64,000 bases of DNA, from the NCBI RefSeq assembly GCF_009914755.1, contig NC_060933.1; one strand, 5' to 3'. The notes beneath the pieces were generated by a model that did no database searches, was not told the DNA's origin, and was given only the letters and a program-made list of their open reading frames with translations. This document shows positions 27,801-45,328 of this stretch, in pieces. A program made the position numbers and the translations under genes. The stretch is from the human T2T-CHM13v2.0 reference genome, Homo sapiens. Each line of letters opens with the position of its first letter. The first letter of the stretch is position 1.

Positions 27801-28109
27801 AGTGCAAAGGGCAGATGCCTGGCTTCCAAGGCCCCAGGGAAGGCCAGGGCACATGGGGCGGTAGCAGCTCTAGGATTTTTGTCTCAGGAGCTCCTATTCA
27901 GCTCTCCCTACCCCTCCCAACACCCTCTCTAGCTTTCCCTCCCCCAACTCTCCATAAGATAACAAAGGGAGCTAGTGAGATTCCAGACAAAGCAACAGTC
28001 CATTCGCCTTGAAACAAGAGCCTTATTTTTCTTAATTTTCCTGATTACAAAATACATGCTTACTTTGCAATCTGGGAAACCATAGAAAAAGCCTACATAA
28101 GAAAATTAA

Positions 28110-28702
<593 letters not shown>

Positions 28703-29162
28703 ATTAAGTTATGCATAATCCTACCACTCCACATTTTGATTATTTCCAAATATACATTCTTTTACAAAATTAGAATCATACTATTTGGAGACCTCCATCT
28801 TTCATAATATAGATTAAATACTCTATCATTAAAAAATCATCTTCCAAAACATCATTTTAATGACCATCAAAGATTCTATTCAATGGCTTTGCAGAATTTA
28901 TTGAATTCCCTGTTGCTGATGGCTTAGGTTTCCTACCTTAAACGATACAGCCAGCTGTGGACATGCTAATTTGTAAGTCTGTGTGTGTGTAAAGTAGACA
29001 CATTCCCTGCAATTGATGCGTGGTCACCGTTTGGCTAGAAAACACCTTCCCTGTTTGGGAGTAATCATGCAGAGGACAGCCAGGAGCCTGGTTTTCACCT
29101 CACTGGTATCACCAGTCCATTATTGGGAGGCAGTGGGTGGTAGAGGTGGAGAGAGAGATGAT

Positions 29163-29860
<698 letters not shown>

Positions 29861-30359
29861 ATGGAGAGGCTTTAGGAGACAGACAGACAGACGTGTGCTC
29901 AAGTCCCAGCTCTGCCACTTTTGGAGTGATCCCATTATAGAAGTGTGGCCACACTAACAAATGCATAAAAAGCTACAGGTGGTTTGAAGGGAGAAGAGTT
30001 TATGGTCTTGCGTGATGAGTGGTCTGGAGATACATAATGAGAGGCTGATGCCAGGGTTCATCAGCAAGTCTCCTCTTTCATCAGTCTGCCCCACCACCCT
30101 TAACCTCATCCTCATTTCTGTCACTTCATGGTTGCAGGATGCATCATAGGCAGGAAGAAGTAGGAAGCAGAAGAGGTGGCACCGGCAGACATGCTCATGC
30201 CTCGCTGGCCAGAACAATGTCACATGGCCACCTCTATCTGCAGAAAAGGCCAGGAAGTCAAGTTTTTCTTTCTTTTCCAGCCCCCATTAGCATGGCTGGC
30301 AAGAAGAAATAGAATGTGAGCTACATGTTTTCTAATAGTCATGTTTAAAAAGGCAAAGA

Positions 30360-31895
<1,536 letters not shown>

Positions 31896-31913
31896 AAAGG
31901 TAAAGAGCCACAG

Positions 31914-32273
31914 TGATGTGGTTTGGCTGTGTCCCCACCCAAATCTCATCTTGAATTATGGCTTCCATAATTCCCAAGTGTCGTGGGAGGGACGAGGTGG
32001 GAGGTAATTGAATCACGGGGGTGGGGCTCTCCTGTGCTGTTCTTGTGACAGTGAATAAGTCTCATGAGATCTGATGGTTTTATAAATGGGAGCTCCCCTG
32101 CACAAGCTCTCTTGCCTGCTGCCACGTAAGATGTGACTTTGGTCTTCACCTTCCGCCATGATTGTGAGGCCTCCCCAGCCATGTGGAACTGTGAGTCTAT
32201 TAAACCTCTTTCCTTTATAAATTACCCAGTCTTGGGTATATCTTTATTAGTAGCATGAGAACGGACTAATACA
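31914..32273. mobile_element. THE1-type MaLR solo LTR
   Basis: tgatgtggtttggctgtgtccccaccc...gaacggactaataca. Confidence 0.9.
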
Positions 32274-32277
32274 TACA

Positions 32278-32503
32278 AGAATTAATTTTAGTAATATATT
32301 TTAACCCAATATATCCAAAAATTATTATTTTAATCTGCAATCAATATAAAAATTACTAATGAGATAGTTTACATTCTTTTTTTACACTAAGTCTTTGAAT
32401 TCTTTGTGGATCTTACAGCACATCTCAAATTGGACATTAGCTACCCTTTAACTATTGTGCCACATGCAGCTAGTGTCTAGACTATTGGACAGCTCAGCCC
32501 TAT
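32278..32503. mobile_element. MER3-like hAT element (other part at ~30295-30360)
   Basis: taacccaatatatccaaaa...cttacagcacatctcaa...gccacatgcagctagtg...attggacagc. Confidence 0.7.
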
Positions 32504-32831
32504 AATAAAGATGGGCATGGGAGAACCAGGAGTGGGAAATAGAGATTAGGTCAGCCAGCCTGACCCGTCTTTGAACCTTGGTTGGGACACTCAAACTCCT
32601 TGAGCTGGGAGATGGTGGATGGGTGGGTGATAATAAACAACTTCTATGGTTGACGCAAGGATTTTATTGGAAAATATGTGGAAAGCCCCCAGTAAACTCT
32701 CCGGCACACAATAGCTGCTTTTGTAAATAGTGGCAATTGCTATTCATGTTTCCATGGAGAATAGAGATAATAATAAAAAGGACATTATATAAACTTTTTT
32801 TAAAGTTTGTAAGATAATAAGAGAAACTTGA

Positions 32832-33146
<315 letters not shown>

Positions 33147-33884
33147 TAAAGAGTCCTCTTTCAGAAGTACATACTGAGATATTGATGGGTAAGATTATAT
33201 GTTATATGGAGGAGCAGAGGTAGATGGGGGAAGGTGAAATCAGATTGGCTATCAGCTGAGAATTATTGAGACTGGGATTCATTCTACTGTTCACTCAACT
33301 TATGTTTGATAGTTTGATAGTTTCCATAATGAAAAGTTTAGAGATTTTTTATTTTTTATTTTTGTTTTTAGGTACGTTATGTGGGTACTCAACATGCCAT
33401 GAGTTTTTCAGATCCTAAGTTGTTATTTTGGGAATTTCTTGGTTCTTTATTTTGTTGTTAGAAATGAGGTCTCCCTCTGTTGCCCACAAGTGCAGTGGCA
33501 CGATCATAGCTCACTACAACCTCAACCTCCTGGGCTCAAGCGATCCTCCCAACTAGCTGGGAGACAGGTGTGTGCCACCGTGCCCAGCTCAGGAATTTGT
33601 TGGTTATGGTGACTGCCTGGTAGAAATAAACAGGCCGTGCGGACTCTTGGGCACCATAAGCAACCTGTCCACTGTCCACTGTCCAATGTGATGGTCACTG
33701 CTGGAAAGGATGAAGATAACATGATACTACTAGCAATCACTTTACTTCCTCTGCATAGTATCAACAGGAAAATGACTTCTGTTTTTATCTTTGCCCAAAA
33801 CATTGATGTCTTGTGTTATTTGCACTGGGAGGAGATAGTTGAAGTCTGTCAAAATGGTAGTTCATTCTATTCAACTGCTTGATT

Positions 33885-33914
33885 TGTGTGTGTGTGTGTG
33901 TGTGTGCGTGTGTG
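33885..33914. repeat. (TG)n microsatellite
   Basis: Direct reading. Confidence 0.9.
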
Positions 33915-34710
33915 TTTTCATAACAGATGTAAATATGTAAAAGCTACCTATGGTAATCACTTTTATCAATTGTTTAATTACTTAAAGGTGAAGACTAATT
34001 TTTTAGAAAAATAACAGCTACATTGAGCTATAATTTACATACTATAAAATTTACCCTTTTAAAGTGTGCATACTTTATATATCCACAAAGTTGAGCAGCC
34101 ATCACCATTATCCAATTCCAGAACACTTTCTGTCCCTCTCAGTCTCTGGAAACCACTTTTGGTCTCTATGGATTTGCCCATTCTGCAAAATTCATGTAAA
34201 TGGAATCATACGATATGTGGTCTTCTGTGTCTGGCTTCTTTTACTTAAAATAATGGGTTTTTAAAAGTTTCATCCACGTTGTAACATGTATCAGAATTTT
34301 ATTCCTTTTTATGGACAAAAAAAGTGGATAGACCACATTTTGTTTTTCCATTCAACAGTTGATGGGCATTTGGGTCATTTCCAATTTTTTGACTATTATG
34401 AATAATGCTGCTGTGAACATTTGTGTATAAGTTATTGTGTGGACATATGTTTCCAATTCTCTTGGATATTTATCTAGGAGTGGAATTGTTGGGTCATATG
34501 GTAACTCTGCTTACATTTCTGAGAAACTGCCAAACTGTTTTTCACAGTGGCTGCACCATTTTTTATTTCCACCAGCAATATATGAGGGTTCTTATTTCTC
34601 CACATCCTCATAGACACTTTTTATTATCTGCCTTTTTGATTATAGCCATTCTTGTGTGTGTGTACTGGAATCTCATTGTGGTTTTGATTTGCGTTTCTCT
34701 AATGACTAAC

Positions 34711-35453
34711 ATATTAGTCAGGGTTCTCTAGAGGGACAGAATTAATAGGATAGATGTATATATGAAAGGGAGTTTATTAAGGAGAATTGACTCACACCAT
34801 CACAAGGTGAAGTCCCACGATAGTCCATCTGCAAGCTGAGGAGCAAGAATGCCAGTAGTGGCTCAGTCTGAATCCCTAAACCTTAAAAGTAGGGAAGCCA
34901 AAAATGCGACCTTCATTCTGTGGCTGAAGACTGGAGAGCCCCTGGCAAACCACGGTGTAAGTCCAAGAGCCCAAAAGGTGAAGAACTTTGAGTCTGATAT
35001 TGGAGGGCAGGAAGCACCCAGCACGGGAGAAAGATGAAGGCCAGAAGACTCAGCAAGTCTGCTCATTCCACCTTCTTCTGCCTGCTTTCCTTTTTAAAAA
35101 TTTTTTATTTCCATAGGGTTTTGGGGAACAGGTGGTATTTGGTTATATGAGTAAGTTCTTTAGTGGTGATTTGTGAGATTTTTGTGCACCCATCACCCGA
35201 GCAGTATATGCTGAACCCAATTTGTAGTTTTTTATCCCTCATCCCCCTCCCATCCTTTTCCCCAAGTCCCCAAAGTCCATTGTATCATTCGTATGCATTT
35301 GGATCCTCATAGCTTAGCTCCCACTTTGGAGTGAGAACATACGAAGTTTGGTTATCCATTCCTGAGTTACTTCACTTAGAATAATAGTCTCCAGTTCCAT
35401 CCAGGTTGCTGTGAATGCCATTAAGTCATTCCTTTTTATGGCTGAGTAGTATT

Positions 35454-35514
<61 letters not shown>

Positions 35515-36757
35515 ATATGTGTACATATATATACATACATATATGTGTACATATATATGTATATATGTATATATGTGTGTGTGTATATGTATGTATGTGT
35601 ATATATATATATAACATTTTCTTTATCCACTCATTGATTGATGGGCATTTGGGCTGGTTCCATATCCTGGCAATTGCAAATTGTGCTGCTATAAACATGC
35701 ATGTGCAAGTATCTTTTTTATATAATGACTTCTTTTCCTCTGGGTAGATACCCAGTAGTGGGATTGCTGGGATTGCTTGGTCAAATGGTAGTTCTACTTT
35801 CAGTTCTTTAAGGAATCTCCACACTGTTTTCCACAGTGGTTGTACTAGTTTACATTCCCATCAGCAGTGTAGAAGTGTTCCCTTTTCACTGCATCCATGC
35901 CAACATCTATTTATTTTTATTTTTTTATTATGGCCATTCTTGCAGGAGTAAGGTGGTATCACATTGTGGTTTTGATTTGCATTTCCCTGATCATTAGTGA
36001 TGTTGAGCAGTTTTTCATATGTTTGTTGGCCATTTGCATATCTTCTTTTGAGAATTGTCTATTCATGTCCTGAGCCCACTTTTTGATGGGACTGTTTGTT
36101 TTTTTCCTGCTAATTTGTTTGAGCTCCTTGTAGATTCCGGATATTAGTCCTTTGTTGAAGGTATAGATTGTGAAGATTTTCTCCCACTCTGTGGGTTGTT
36201 TGTTTGCTCTGCTGACTGTGCAGGAGCTCTTTAGTTTAATTAAGTCCCACCTATTTATCTTTGTTCTTGTTGCATTTGCTTTTGAGTTCTTGGTCATGAA
36301 TTCTTTGCCTAAGCCAATGTCTAGAAGGGTTTTTCCAATGTTATCTTCCAGAATTTTTATAGTTTCAGGTCTTAGATTTAAGTCCTTGATCCATCTTGAG
36401 TTGATTTTTGTATAGGGTGAGAGATGAGGATCCAGTTTCATTCTCCCCCATGTGGCTTGCCAATTATCCCAGCACCATTTGTTGGATAGGATGTCTTTCC
36501 TCACTTTATGTTTTTGTTTGCTTTGTTGAAGATGAGTTGGCTGTACATTTTTGGGTTTATTTCTGGGTTCTCTATTCTGTTCTGCCTGCTTTTTCTAGCC
36601 ACACTGGCAGCCAACTGGATGGTGCCTACCCAGTCTGAGGGTGGGTCTGCCTCTCCCATTCCACTGACTCAAGTGTTAATCTCCTCTGGCAACACCCAGA
36701 AACAATACTTTGCATCCTTCAATTCAATCAAGTCGACACTTAATATTAACCACCACA
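34711..36757. mobile_element. MLT2 (ERVL) LTR, itself split by an L1PB-like insertion
   Basis: tattagtcagggttctctagagggacagaa start and aatattaaccaccaca end; actaa TSD. Confidence 0.87.
35089..36580 (-). mobile_element. 5'-truncated L1PB-like element with ORF2 C-terminal remnant and internal (TA)n/(TATG)n tract (35459-35612)
   Basis: ORF 35959-36504 (-) KWCWDNW...[22 protein letters not shown] is L1 ORF2p; TSD ttctgcctgcttt. Confidence 0.93.
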
Positions 36758-37726
36758 ACTAATGATGCCAAGTATCTTTTCTTTTGCTTATTGGCCATTT
36801 GTGTATCTTCTTTGGAGAAATGTCTTTTCACATCCTTTGTCTATTTTTAATTGGGTTATTCATCGTTTTCATTGTTGAGTTGTAAGAGGACTTTTAAAAA
36901 ATGAGTTCTAAATGACACCTGACAGAGTGGACATAATTGAGCAGATAGTAAAAGTTCTTTGAGATATTAATCATACTGCACCTCAACCCCTCTGCTCACC
37001 AGCACTGCCAATTTACTAGGTATGAAAGGCTTTCATTATGAAAAAAAAAGATATTTCGACCTAAATATTTCCAAAACCTTTCCATTAAAGAGAACAGAAG
37101 GAGGAGGAGGATGTCATTCCTTTTTATACCTTGTGTTTCCTGAGCACCTGCTGGCATCTGGGTGAGTGATTGCTCTCTGGGAATTGTTCCTAATGAGATA
37201 TGAATACAAGTTTCTAAAACTCAAGCTGCTGTGAGATCAAGGCCACCTCAATAGTGACCACTGGGTCTGAAGAGAACACATAGAAAGGAGAGTCACTTTA
37301 TCTAAAGGGTTAGAGAGGGCTCAGGAAGGACATAACATGAAAGCTAACCCAGTCATTCTCAAGTCTGTCTGCAGGACATTCTGAGAGTCCACAAACTGAT
37401 CTGCAAACATAAGAAATAGAGCAAACATTGATTAATGGAATACTCCATGCCAGGCACAATCTAGGCCTAGGGAACACAGCGGGATACATAGTGAGATAAA
37501 GTCCCTGCTTTATGAAACTGACATTTTAGTGATGGAAAGTGGTGAGATATGTTAAGAAGAGAATGAAGTAGGATAAAGGGACAGAGTGATGCAGAGGTGC
37601 CATTTTGATAGATAAGGAGATCTTTGAGTAGTCACCTGTGTGCAGTCAGGAATTGATGAGGCTGTGAGGATATCTGTGGGAAGGATATTCCAAAAAGGAA
37701 GAACAGCAGGTGCAAAGTCCTTGGGG

Positions 37727-38142
<416 letters not shown>

Positions 38143-38619
38143 TCATGGGACCTTTCACTTGACCTTGAACGTCTACTGCAGAGCAAAAGAACCCTTGGGC
38201 CACACATCAAGGATGTGCATGCACATTCCAAAAAGTCTTTATTGGAGTTAGCTCATGCTGGGTCTCCCAATCTTGTTGGCGTGTCTTCTTCTCATGGCAG
38301 AAGAATGTCTGAGGGATCCCTTGACCGGATGGTGTGTTCTGTAGGCCATTCCCTTTGAGAACATCTCTACTAATCAGAGTCTGGTTTTCAGCAAAGTCCA
38401 CGCCTCCAAGGAACATACATAGAGGTTGTAGAAGGAAGAGAAGGCTTGGGATTCAAACAAAAACAAAAACAAAAAAATACACTGGCCAAATCTGGTTTTA
38501 TGGAGGCTCAAGACATCCCCTTTGTCTCTCTGTCCTATCCACTATGGACAAGTTTGCCAAACAGTTATCATCCTTGTTACTGGAGAGATCCTGCCAAGTA
38601 CTCATGTTCCTTCCTTAGA

Positions 38620-38940
38620 GGGGCTGGGTGTGCTTAGCTTGGAGCAAGAGAAAGATCATGGCGGTGACCTTCAACTCACCTTCATGTTAGCCCAAGAGAA
38701 GATTCCTTCTAGGTTATCTTGCGGCAATAACAAGAACCCATTGCAGGAAATCTGTAGGGAGGAAGATTTCAGCCTAATATTGCAGAGGACTTCCTACAGT
38801 TGGAAAGGCAGTGAGTTCCCCATGACTAAACGTATTCGAGTAGACATTAAAAGGACATTAATCTGGGACTCTAGGCAGGAGATCCCTGCACTGCTTGATG
38901 AGTTGGACCAGAACCCCCTCAGAGCTAAGATTCTGTAATC
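38620..38940 (+). mobile_element. CR1/L3-like 3' remnant
   Basis: cttagaggggctggg...ttagcttggag...ggaagatttcagcctaatat...gcagtgagttcccc...gttggaccaga...aagattctgt resembles the L3 3' end. Confidence 0.5.
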
Positions 38941-40486
38941 ATATTGTGCTGTCTTTCTTCTGGGTAAAAATCAAGACCATTTTTGTGACTTCATGAATCT
39001 CATCTGTGAAGGAGAACCCTGTGGAACAAGTTGAAGGTCATGTATAGTACACCCTGAGTCTTCTTCTTGGAGTTGTGTGCTGTTAAGGGGGCTTTAATTA
39101 AGCTTTCCCCTCCAGGCACAACCAGCTTGTTTTGGTGGGTGCAATATGCCATCCCAGAATATGTCAAACTTCATTTGCAAAATATCAGACTGCTGTTTTT
39201 TTTCCAGAGCCAATCTGCAGAGTAATACGTTCAATAACTTTTGCTCTTTTTGCTCTCAAAGATAGGTCTCTTTTTGGAGTCGATAGCGCAATAAATGCGG
39301 ATCTGGTGCAAATTCCAATGGAAAGAAAAGATATTGTTATTTAAAGGCCAAATAACGGCTTAAAATTAGAGTTGTGAAGGCATTGAAAAACACCAGACTT
39401 CCCAGATGGCTTGGAGATAATTCACTTTGCACTCAGTCCACTCACACGCTAAAAAAAAATACTTTGACTCTGTTTCTCCTCAGATTGAAAGTTGGTGCCT
39501 GCTTTAAACATATGTGCTTCTCTCTTTAAATTTAGCTCTGAGTCATGTTGTATTACATTAGGAATTCAGCAGGCAGGCACTTGGAAAATGTACATCAATG
39601 CGTTTATTTTTAAATTATATAAAAATAAAAATATATATGTTTAAATATATTAGGCTATATTTTTGCCCAATTTCAAAATGGTTGTTCTCCAGAACAGATT
39701 AGATAAAACAATAATAACGATGATGACACTATGGTTCTGGAACACTGCCCGTTCCCAAGGATCCCAAATCAACTTGACAAACCCTGTCGCTTCTAGCCCC
39801 CAGTCCAGCTATGCGCGGGACTTGTCACAGAAACCTCCGCCTCCGTGGGGGACCAGGCAGCTCCCCAAACAGCTGCAGGGTGGCCTAATTAAGATGCTCC
39901 TTCCTCCAGAATGTCAGGTCTCTGGGCAGAAGTCAGCAAAGGCTGGGGGCTGGGGACAGTCAGGGAGGCAGAGGCAGACAGTCTGGAGGGACATCTTTAG
40001 CTTAGTGGCTAAGCTCATGGGCTGAAGGCCCCACCAAACAACGCTGGGTGCAAATCCTGGCTCTACCCCTTCTAATCTATGCATCCTTAGAGAAGTGATG
40101 GGGCCTCATTTGTGTCTCAGTTCGTCACCTGTGAAATGAGTAATGGTTCCTACTTCCCAGGGTTGCTGTGAGGACTACCAGGGATAATCCCTTTGATTCA
40201 TTTAGTCATTCACTCACCACATATTTATTAACATCCACACGACAAAGTGGTGAATAAAACAAACAAACCCATAATCCCAGGCCTCATAGAGCCTGTGGTC
40301 TAGTGGGTAGAGAGACATGAATGAATAAAAAACCCTGATGATTTAATCAGAATTGTGATGAGCACAATGAGGGAGAATTTGCAAAGTAAGGCCCACCCAG
40401 ATCAGAAGGCTCCAGAAAGCTTCAGCAAAGAAGGAATGTAGACTGTGGTCCGGTGCCTGCCACACAGTAGGTGCCTGTTAGTTCCT

Positions 40487-42250
40487 GTATGCATTTCCTT
40501 TGGTTGCTGTCACAAATTGCTGCAAACTGAGTGACTTAAAATAACATATATAGATCGGGTGCAATGGCTCATGCCTGTAATACTGGCACTTTCGGAGGCC
40601 ATGGCGGGCAGATTACCTGAGGTCAGGAGTTCAAGACCAGCCTGGCCAGCATGGCAAAACCCCGTCTCTACCAAAAACACAAAAATTAGCTGGGCATCTC
40701 ACACCAGTTAGAATGGTGATCATTAAGTCAGGAAACAACAGATGCTGGAGAGGATGAGGAGAAATAGGAATGATTTTACACTGTTGGCGGGAGTGTAAAC
40801 TAGTTCAACCATTGTGGAAGACAGTGTGGCGATTCCTCAAGGATCTAGAACTAGAAATACCATTTGACCCAGTGATCTCATTACTGGGTATATACCCAAA
40901 GGATTATAAATCATGCTACTATAAAAACACAGGCACACATATGTTTATTGCGGCACTGTTCACAATAGCAAAGACTTGGAATGAACCCAAATGTCCATCA
41001 ATGCTAGACTGGATTAAGAAAATGTGGCACATATACACCATGGAATACTATGCAGCCATAAAAAAGGGTGAGTTCATGTCCTTTGCAGGGACATGGATGA
41101 AGCTGGAAACCATCATTCTGAGCAAACTATCACAAGGACAGAAAACCAAACACCACATGTTCTCACTCATAGGTGGGAAGTGAACAATAAGAACACTTGG
41201 ACGCAGGGCTGGGAACATCACACACTGGGGCCTGTCATGGGGTGGGGGGCAGGGGGAGTGATAGCATTAGGAGAAATACCTAATGTAAATGACGAGTTAA
41301 TGGATGCAGCAAACCAACATGGCACATGTATACATATGTAACAAACCTGCACATTGTGCACATGTACCCTAGAACTTAAAGTATAATAATAGTAATAATA
41401 AGTTAGCCAGGCATGGTGGCTCATGCCTGTAATCCCAGCCACTCAGGAGGCTGAGGCAGGAGAATCACTTGAACCCAGGAGGTTGCAGTGAGCTGAGGTC
41501 ATGCCACTGCACTCCAGCCTGGGTGACAGAGCAAGACTCTGTCTCAAAAAATAATAATAATATTAATAATAACATTAATAGTATCTTGCAGTTCTGGAGG
41601 TCATAAGTCTGAAATGAGTCTAATTTGGCAAAGAGCAAGGTGTTGGCAGGGCTGGGTTCTTTTTTGGAGACTCAAAGCAAGAATCTGTTTCCTCGCCTTT
41701 ACCAGCTTCTAGAGAATTCCTTGGCTTGTGGCCCCTTCCTCCACCTTCAAAGCACATCACTCCAACATCTGCTTTCATGGTCATATCTCCTTTTTCTGAC
41801 TTTGACCCTCCTGATTTCCTCTTATAAGAATCCTTGCGGCCAGGAACAGTGGCCAACACCTGTAATCCCAGCACTTTGGAGGCTGAAGTAGTAGGATCAC
41901 ATGATGCCAGGAGTTCAAGAGAAGCCTGGGCAACATGACAAGACCCCGCCTCTGTAAAAAATTAAAAATTAGCCTGGTGTGGTGGCACTGGTGACCCCAA
42001 CTACTCTGGAGTCTGAGGCTGCAGTGAGCTATGATTGCACTACTGCACTCCTGCTTGGTTGACAGAGCAAGACTTTGTCTCAAAAAAAAAAATCCTTGCT
42101 GTTTGATTAAACCCAACTTAATCTCCTCATCTTAAGATCCTTAATGTAGTCACCTCTACCAAGTTCCTTTCACCTGTCAGGTAACATATTCACAGGTTCT
42201 GGGGATTAGGATGTGGAAATCTGTAGAGGGGCATTATTCTCTCTACAACA
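40487..42250. mobile_element. MLT1 MaLR LTR containing nested Alu/L1PA and a second, deleted Alu (41838-42092)
   Basis: tgtatgcatttcc...aaactgagtgacttaaa start, cagttctggaggtc internal, ggggcattattctctctacaaca end. Confidence 0.8.
40698..41400 (+). mobile_element. 5'-truncated L1PA 3' end inserted into an Alu (Alu halves 40555-40697 and 41401-41560)
   Basis: ORF 40770-41183 is the L1 ORF2p C-terminus ([24 protein letters not shown]); L1PA 3'UTR ends ccctagaacttaaagtataat. Confidence 0.95.
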
Positions 42251-42489
42251 GTCCAGGAAGTTCAATATCCAAAATGAGGAATTCCAGGTCAAAAAAAAAA
42301 AAAGAGATAGAGAGAGAGAAAATAGAGGGGCAGAAGTTATCAAAGAAAAATAATACATGACAATTTCCCAAAACTTTAGGGCAAACATTTCCAGATTTAA
42401 AGAGCCTTCAGAGTGCCAGTGTAAAATCATGTCAAAAGCTTCCAAAGACAGAATGTCATACACAAAAGATCAAGGATCAGGCACTGGAC

Positions 42490-42737
42490 TTTTTTTTTTT
42501 TTTTTTGAGACGGAGTCTCGCTCTGTCGCCCAGGCTGGGTTACAGTGGTACAATCTCGGCTCACTGCAACCTCCGCCTCCCAAGTTCAAGCAATTCTCCT
42601 GTCTCAGCTTCCCAAGTAGCTAGGACTACAGGCATGCGCCACCGTGCCCGGCTAATTTTTATATTTTTAATAGAGACGGGGTTTTGCCTTGTTGGCCAGG
42701 CTGGTCTTGAACTCCTGACCTCAGGTGATCTGCCCAC
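42490..42737 (-). mobile_element. 5'-truncated AluS with TSD caggca(c/t)tggactt
   Basis: Direct reading of flanks. Confidence 0.9.
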
Positions 42738-42836
42738 AGGCATTGGACTTTCTAACATCATCACTGGAAATTGGAAGAAGGCACAGGCCTTCATAATCTT
42801 GCGGAAAAATATTTCCAACCTAGAACTTATTGATAA

Positions 42837-43175
<339 letters not shown>

Positions 43176-43914
43176 TAAGTGTGGACTAAGTATGTTTCAG
43201 ACATGCCTGGTCTCACTGAATTTTCCTTCCATGCATCTTTTCTCAAGAAGCTACTAGAGGACGTGCTCCATCAAAATGAGAGAGTAAACCAAGAAAGTGG
43301 AAAACAGAGAATCCAGGAAACAGGGGATGCAACAGAAGAGAGAGGTAAATGTTATTACAGAGGACCCAGACCACAGGTGTGCACAGGGCCCAGCACAGCA
43401 ACCAGGCTGATTGCAGCCCAGGATAGAGGGCTTAAAGCAAGACACAGAACTAATAGGTTCTGAAGTTTTAATTATATTAACAAAAGCTTTAGAGTTGTGA
43501 CAGAGATAAATTAGCAACTACATTGAAAATATAAAAACCCATCAAAATTACTAACTCTGAGAAAAATGAAATTGTACCAAAAAACGCAATCACAGTGCAT
43601 TGGGTAGTCAGTGGCATATAATATTTTCCCAAGTCATAGGACAGTAAACACTGAATATTGGTTTAACTAGAACCTGTGATCTTGGGGTGGTGAGATAAGA
43701 TAAACGTGTGTGTGCCTGTGCCTAAGAACTAAATCCTCATTTTCTATAGCAGGTAGTCGATTATATGATGCTTAAAGCTGAAACATCAAGATAAAGCTAA
43801 AAGAGTTGAAGGTGGCTGCCTCTGGGACAAGGGATCAGCACCAGTGAGTAGGGCTATTTTTAGAATAAACCTTATAGGGCTACTTGATTTTTTAAACTAT
43901 GTACATGCATTTCT

Positions 43915-44047
43915 TTATATATCTATATATATATACATACACACACATATATATACACACATATACACACATATGTATATATATGTGTGTATATATAGTG
44001 TGTGTATATATAGTGTGTGTATATATATGTGTATATATATATGTATA

Positions 44048-44078
<31 letters not shown>
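43915..44078. repeat. Compound (TA)/(CA)/(TG) microsatellite plus polyT
   Basis: Direct reading. Confidence 0.92.
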
Positions 44079-44079
<1 letters not shown>

Positions 44080-45028
44080 AAAGGGAGGAGAGAAGGGAAG
44101 AAAATCCTCTCTGAAAAAGGAGGCATTGGCGGGTTTTGGGAGGAGGCGGCCCCTCTGGCATCTTTGGGTTTTCTCTGACTTCAGCCTCATTAAATCACAG
44201 GAGGGAGATGACCTCAGCAAAGGACATCGAACCTGTGGGAGCACCTGTGAGGCAAGAAGTCCTCTGCCCTCTACCCTCACCCTCCCCAGCCATCACAGTG
44301 CGGTGGCAGACAGGCCCTGTGAGCGGCAGGCACCTGTCAGTGCCAGAGTCCTCCCAGCAGGCCTGGTGGCCCTGGTGAAGGGGTCAGCTTGGGAGAGACG
44401 AAGCTTCTTGGGATGGAGCTGGGTGGGAGAGGTGGAGAGGAGGACTTCATGGCTACATAGTACATTACAATCATGCCTGTGAATAGTCACTGCACTCCAG
44501 CCTTGAAGGGAGATGGGGCAGGGGGTGATGGAGAAACTTCCTTGCAACATGGACCTGAGTGGATCCCACCCTCCTGACACCCAATGGGAATGTTAATATG
44601 GCTCAGCTTGCTCCGGCAGCCAGAGACACCCTCTGTCCTCTGAGGTCCTCAACTCTCTGCTTCAGTCTCCAACTCAGAGAAAATCTCAAGAGAGGGGCAT
44701 GGCTCCTGGCAGGGGGGTTGGGGAACAAAAGAAAATGTCGCCTCCCATCAACAATGGGTATGTGGCTCCTGAGAGGGCTGACTCCTGGCACACCCCACCC
44801 CAAGTCATGTAGGGTCACTTTGGGTGGGGCTTCTGGGTTCCTAGAGGTAGGAGGGATTTGAGCAAGACCCCAGGCAGAACTCAGGCTCTGCAGCTCTGAC
44901 ACCCTGGAGCTCAGTACAGTCACAAAGAAAAGTGGTGAAGAGTTCAAAGAACATGGGTCACTCCTAGCCTGAGAACAAGAGAATGGCAGGTGACCCTAGA
45001 TGTCGTCCTCTATCCTCTTTTAAAATAT

Positions 45029-45328
45029 GGCCGGGCGCAGTGGCTCACACCTGTAATCCCAGCACTTTGGGAGGCCGAGGTGGGAGGATCACCTGAGGTC
45101 AGGAGTTGAGGACCAGCCTGGCCAATATGGTGAAACCCCATCTCTACAAAAACACAAAAACGAGCCAGGCGTGGTGGTGGGCGCCTGTAATCCCAGCTAC
45201 TCAGGAGGCTGAGGCGGTAGAATCACTTGAACCCGGGAGGCGGAGGTTGCAGTGAGCTGAGATCGCACCATTGCACTTCAGCCTGGGCGACTGAGCGAGA
45301 CTCCGTTTCAAAAAAAAAAAAAAAAAAA
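45029..45328 (+). mobile_element. AluS
   Basis: Full Alu. Confidence 0.95.

Larger units (their letters stand above)
34000..36890 (-). mobile_element. L1MB-type element split by an MLT2 LTR (L1 parts 34000-34710 and 36757-36890)
   Basis: The L1 text ...ttctctaatgactaa resumes after the LTR as actaatgatg...gcttattggccatttg. Confidence 0.85.

Noticed and set aside
35959-36504. 181-aa ORF, and the 137-aa ORF at 40770-41183
   Set aside because: C-terminal remnants of L1 ORF2p in 5'-truncated elements; not host genes and not autonomous.
43844-44482. 212-aa ORF with YI/HT repeats (similarly 35314-35824 and 50356-50712)
   Set aside because: Microsatellite translations.
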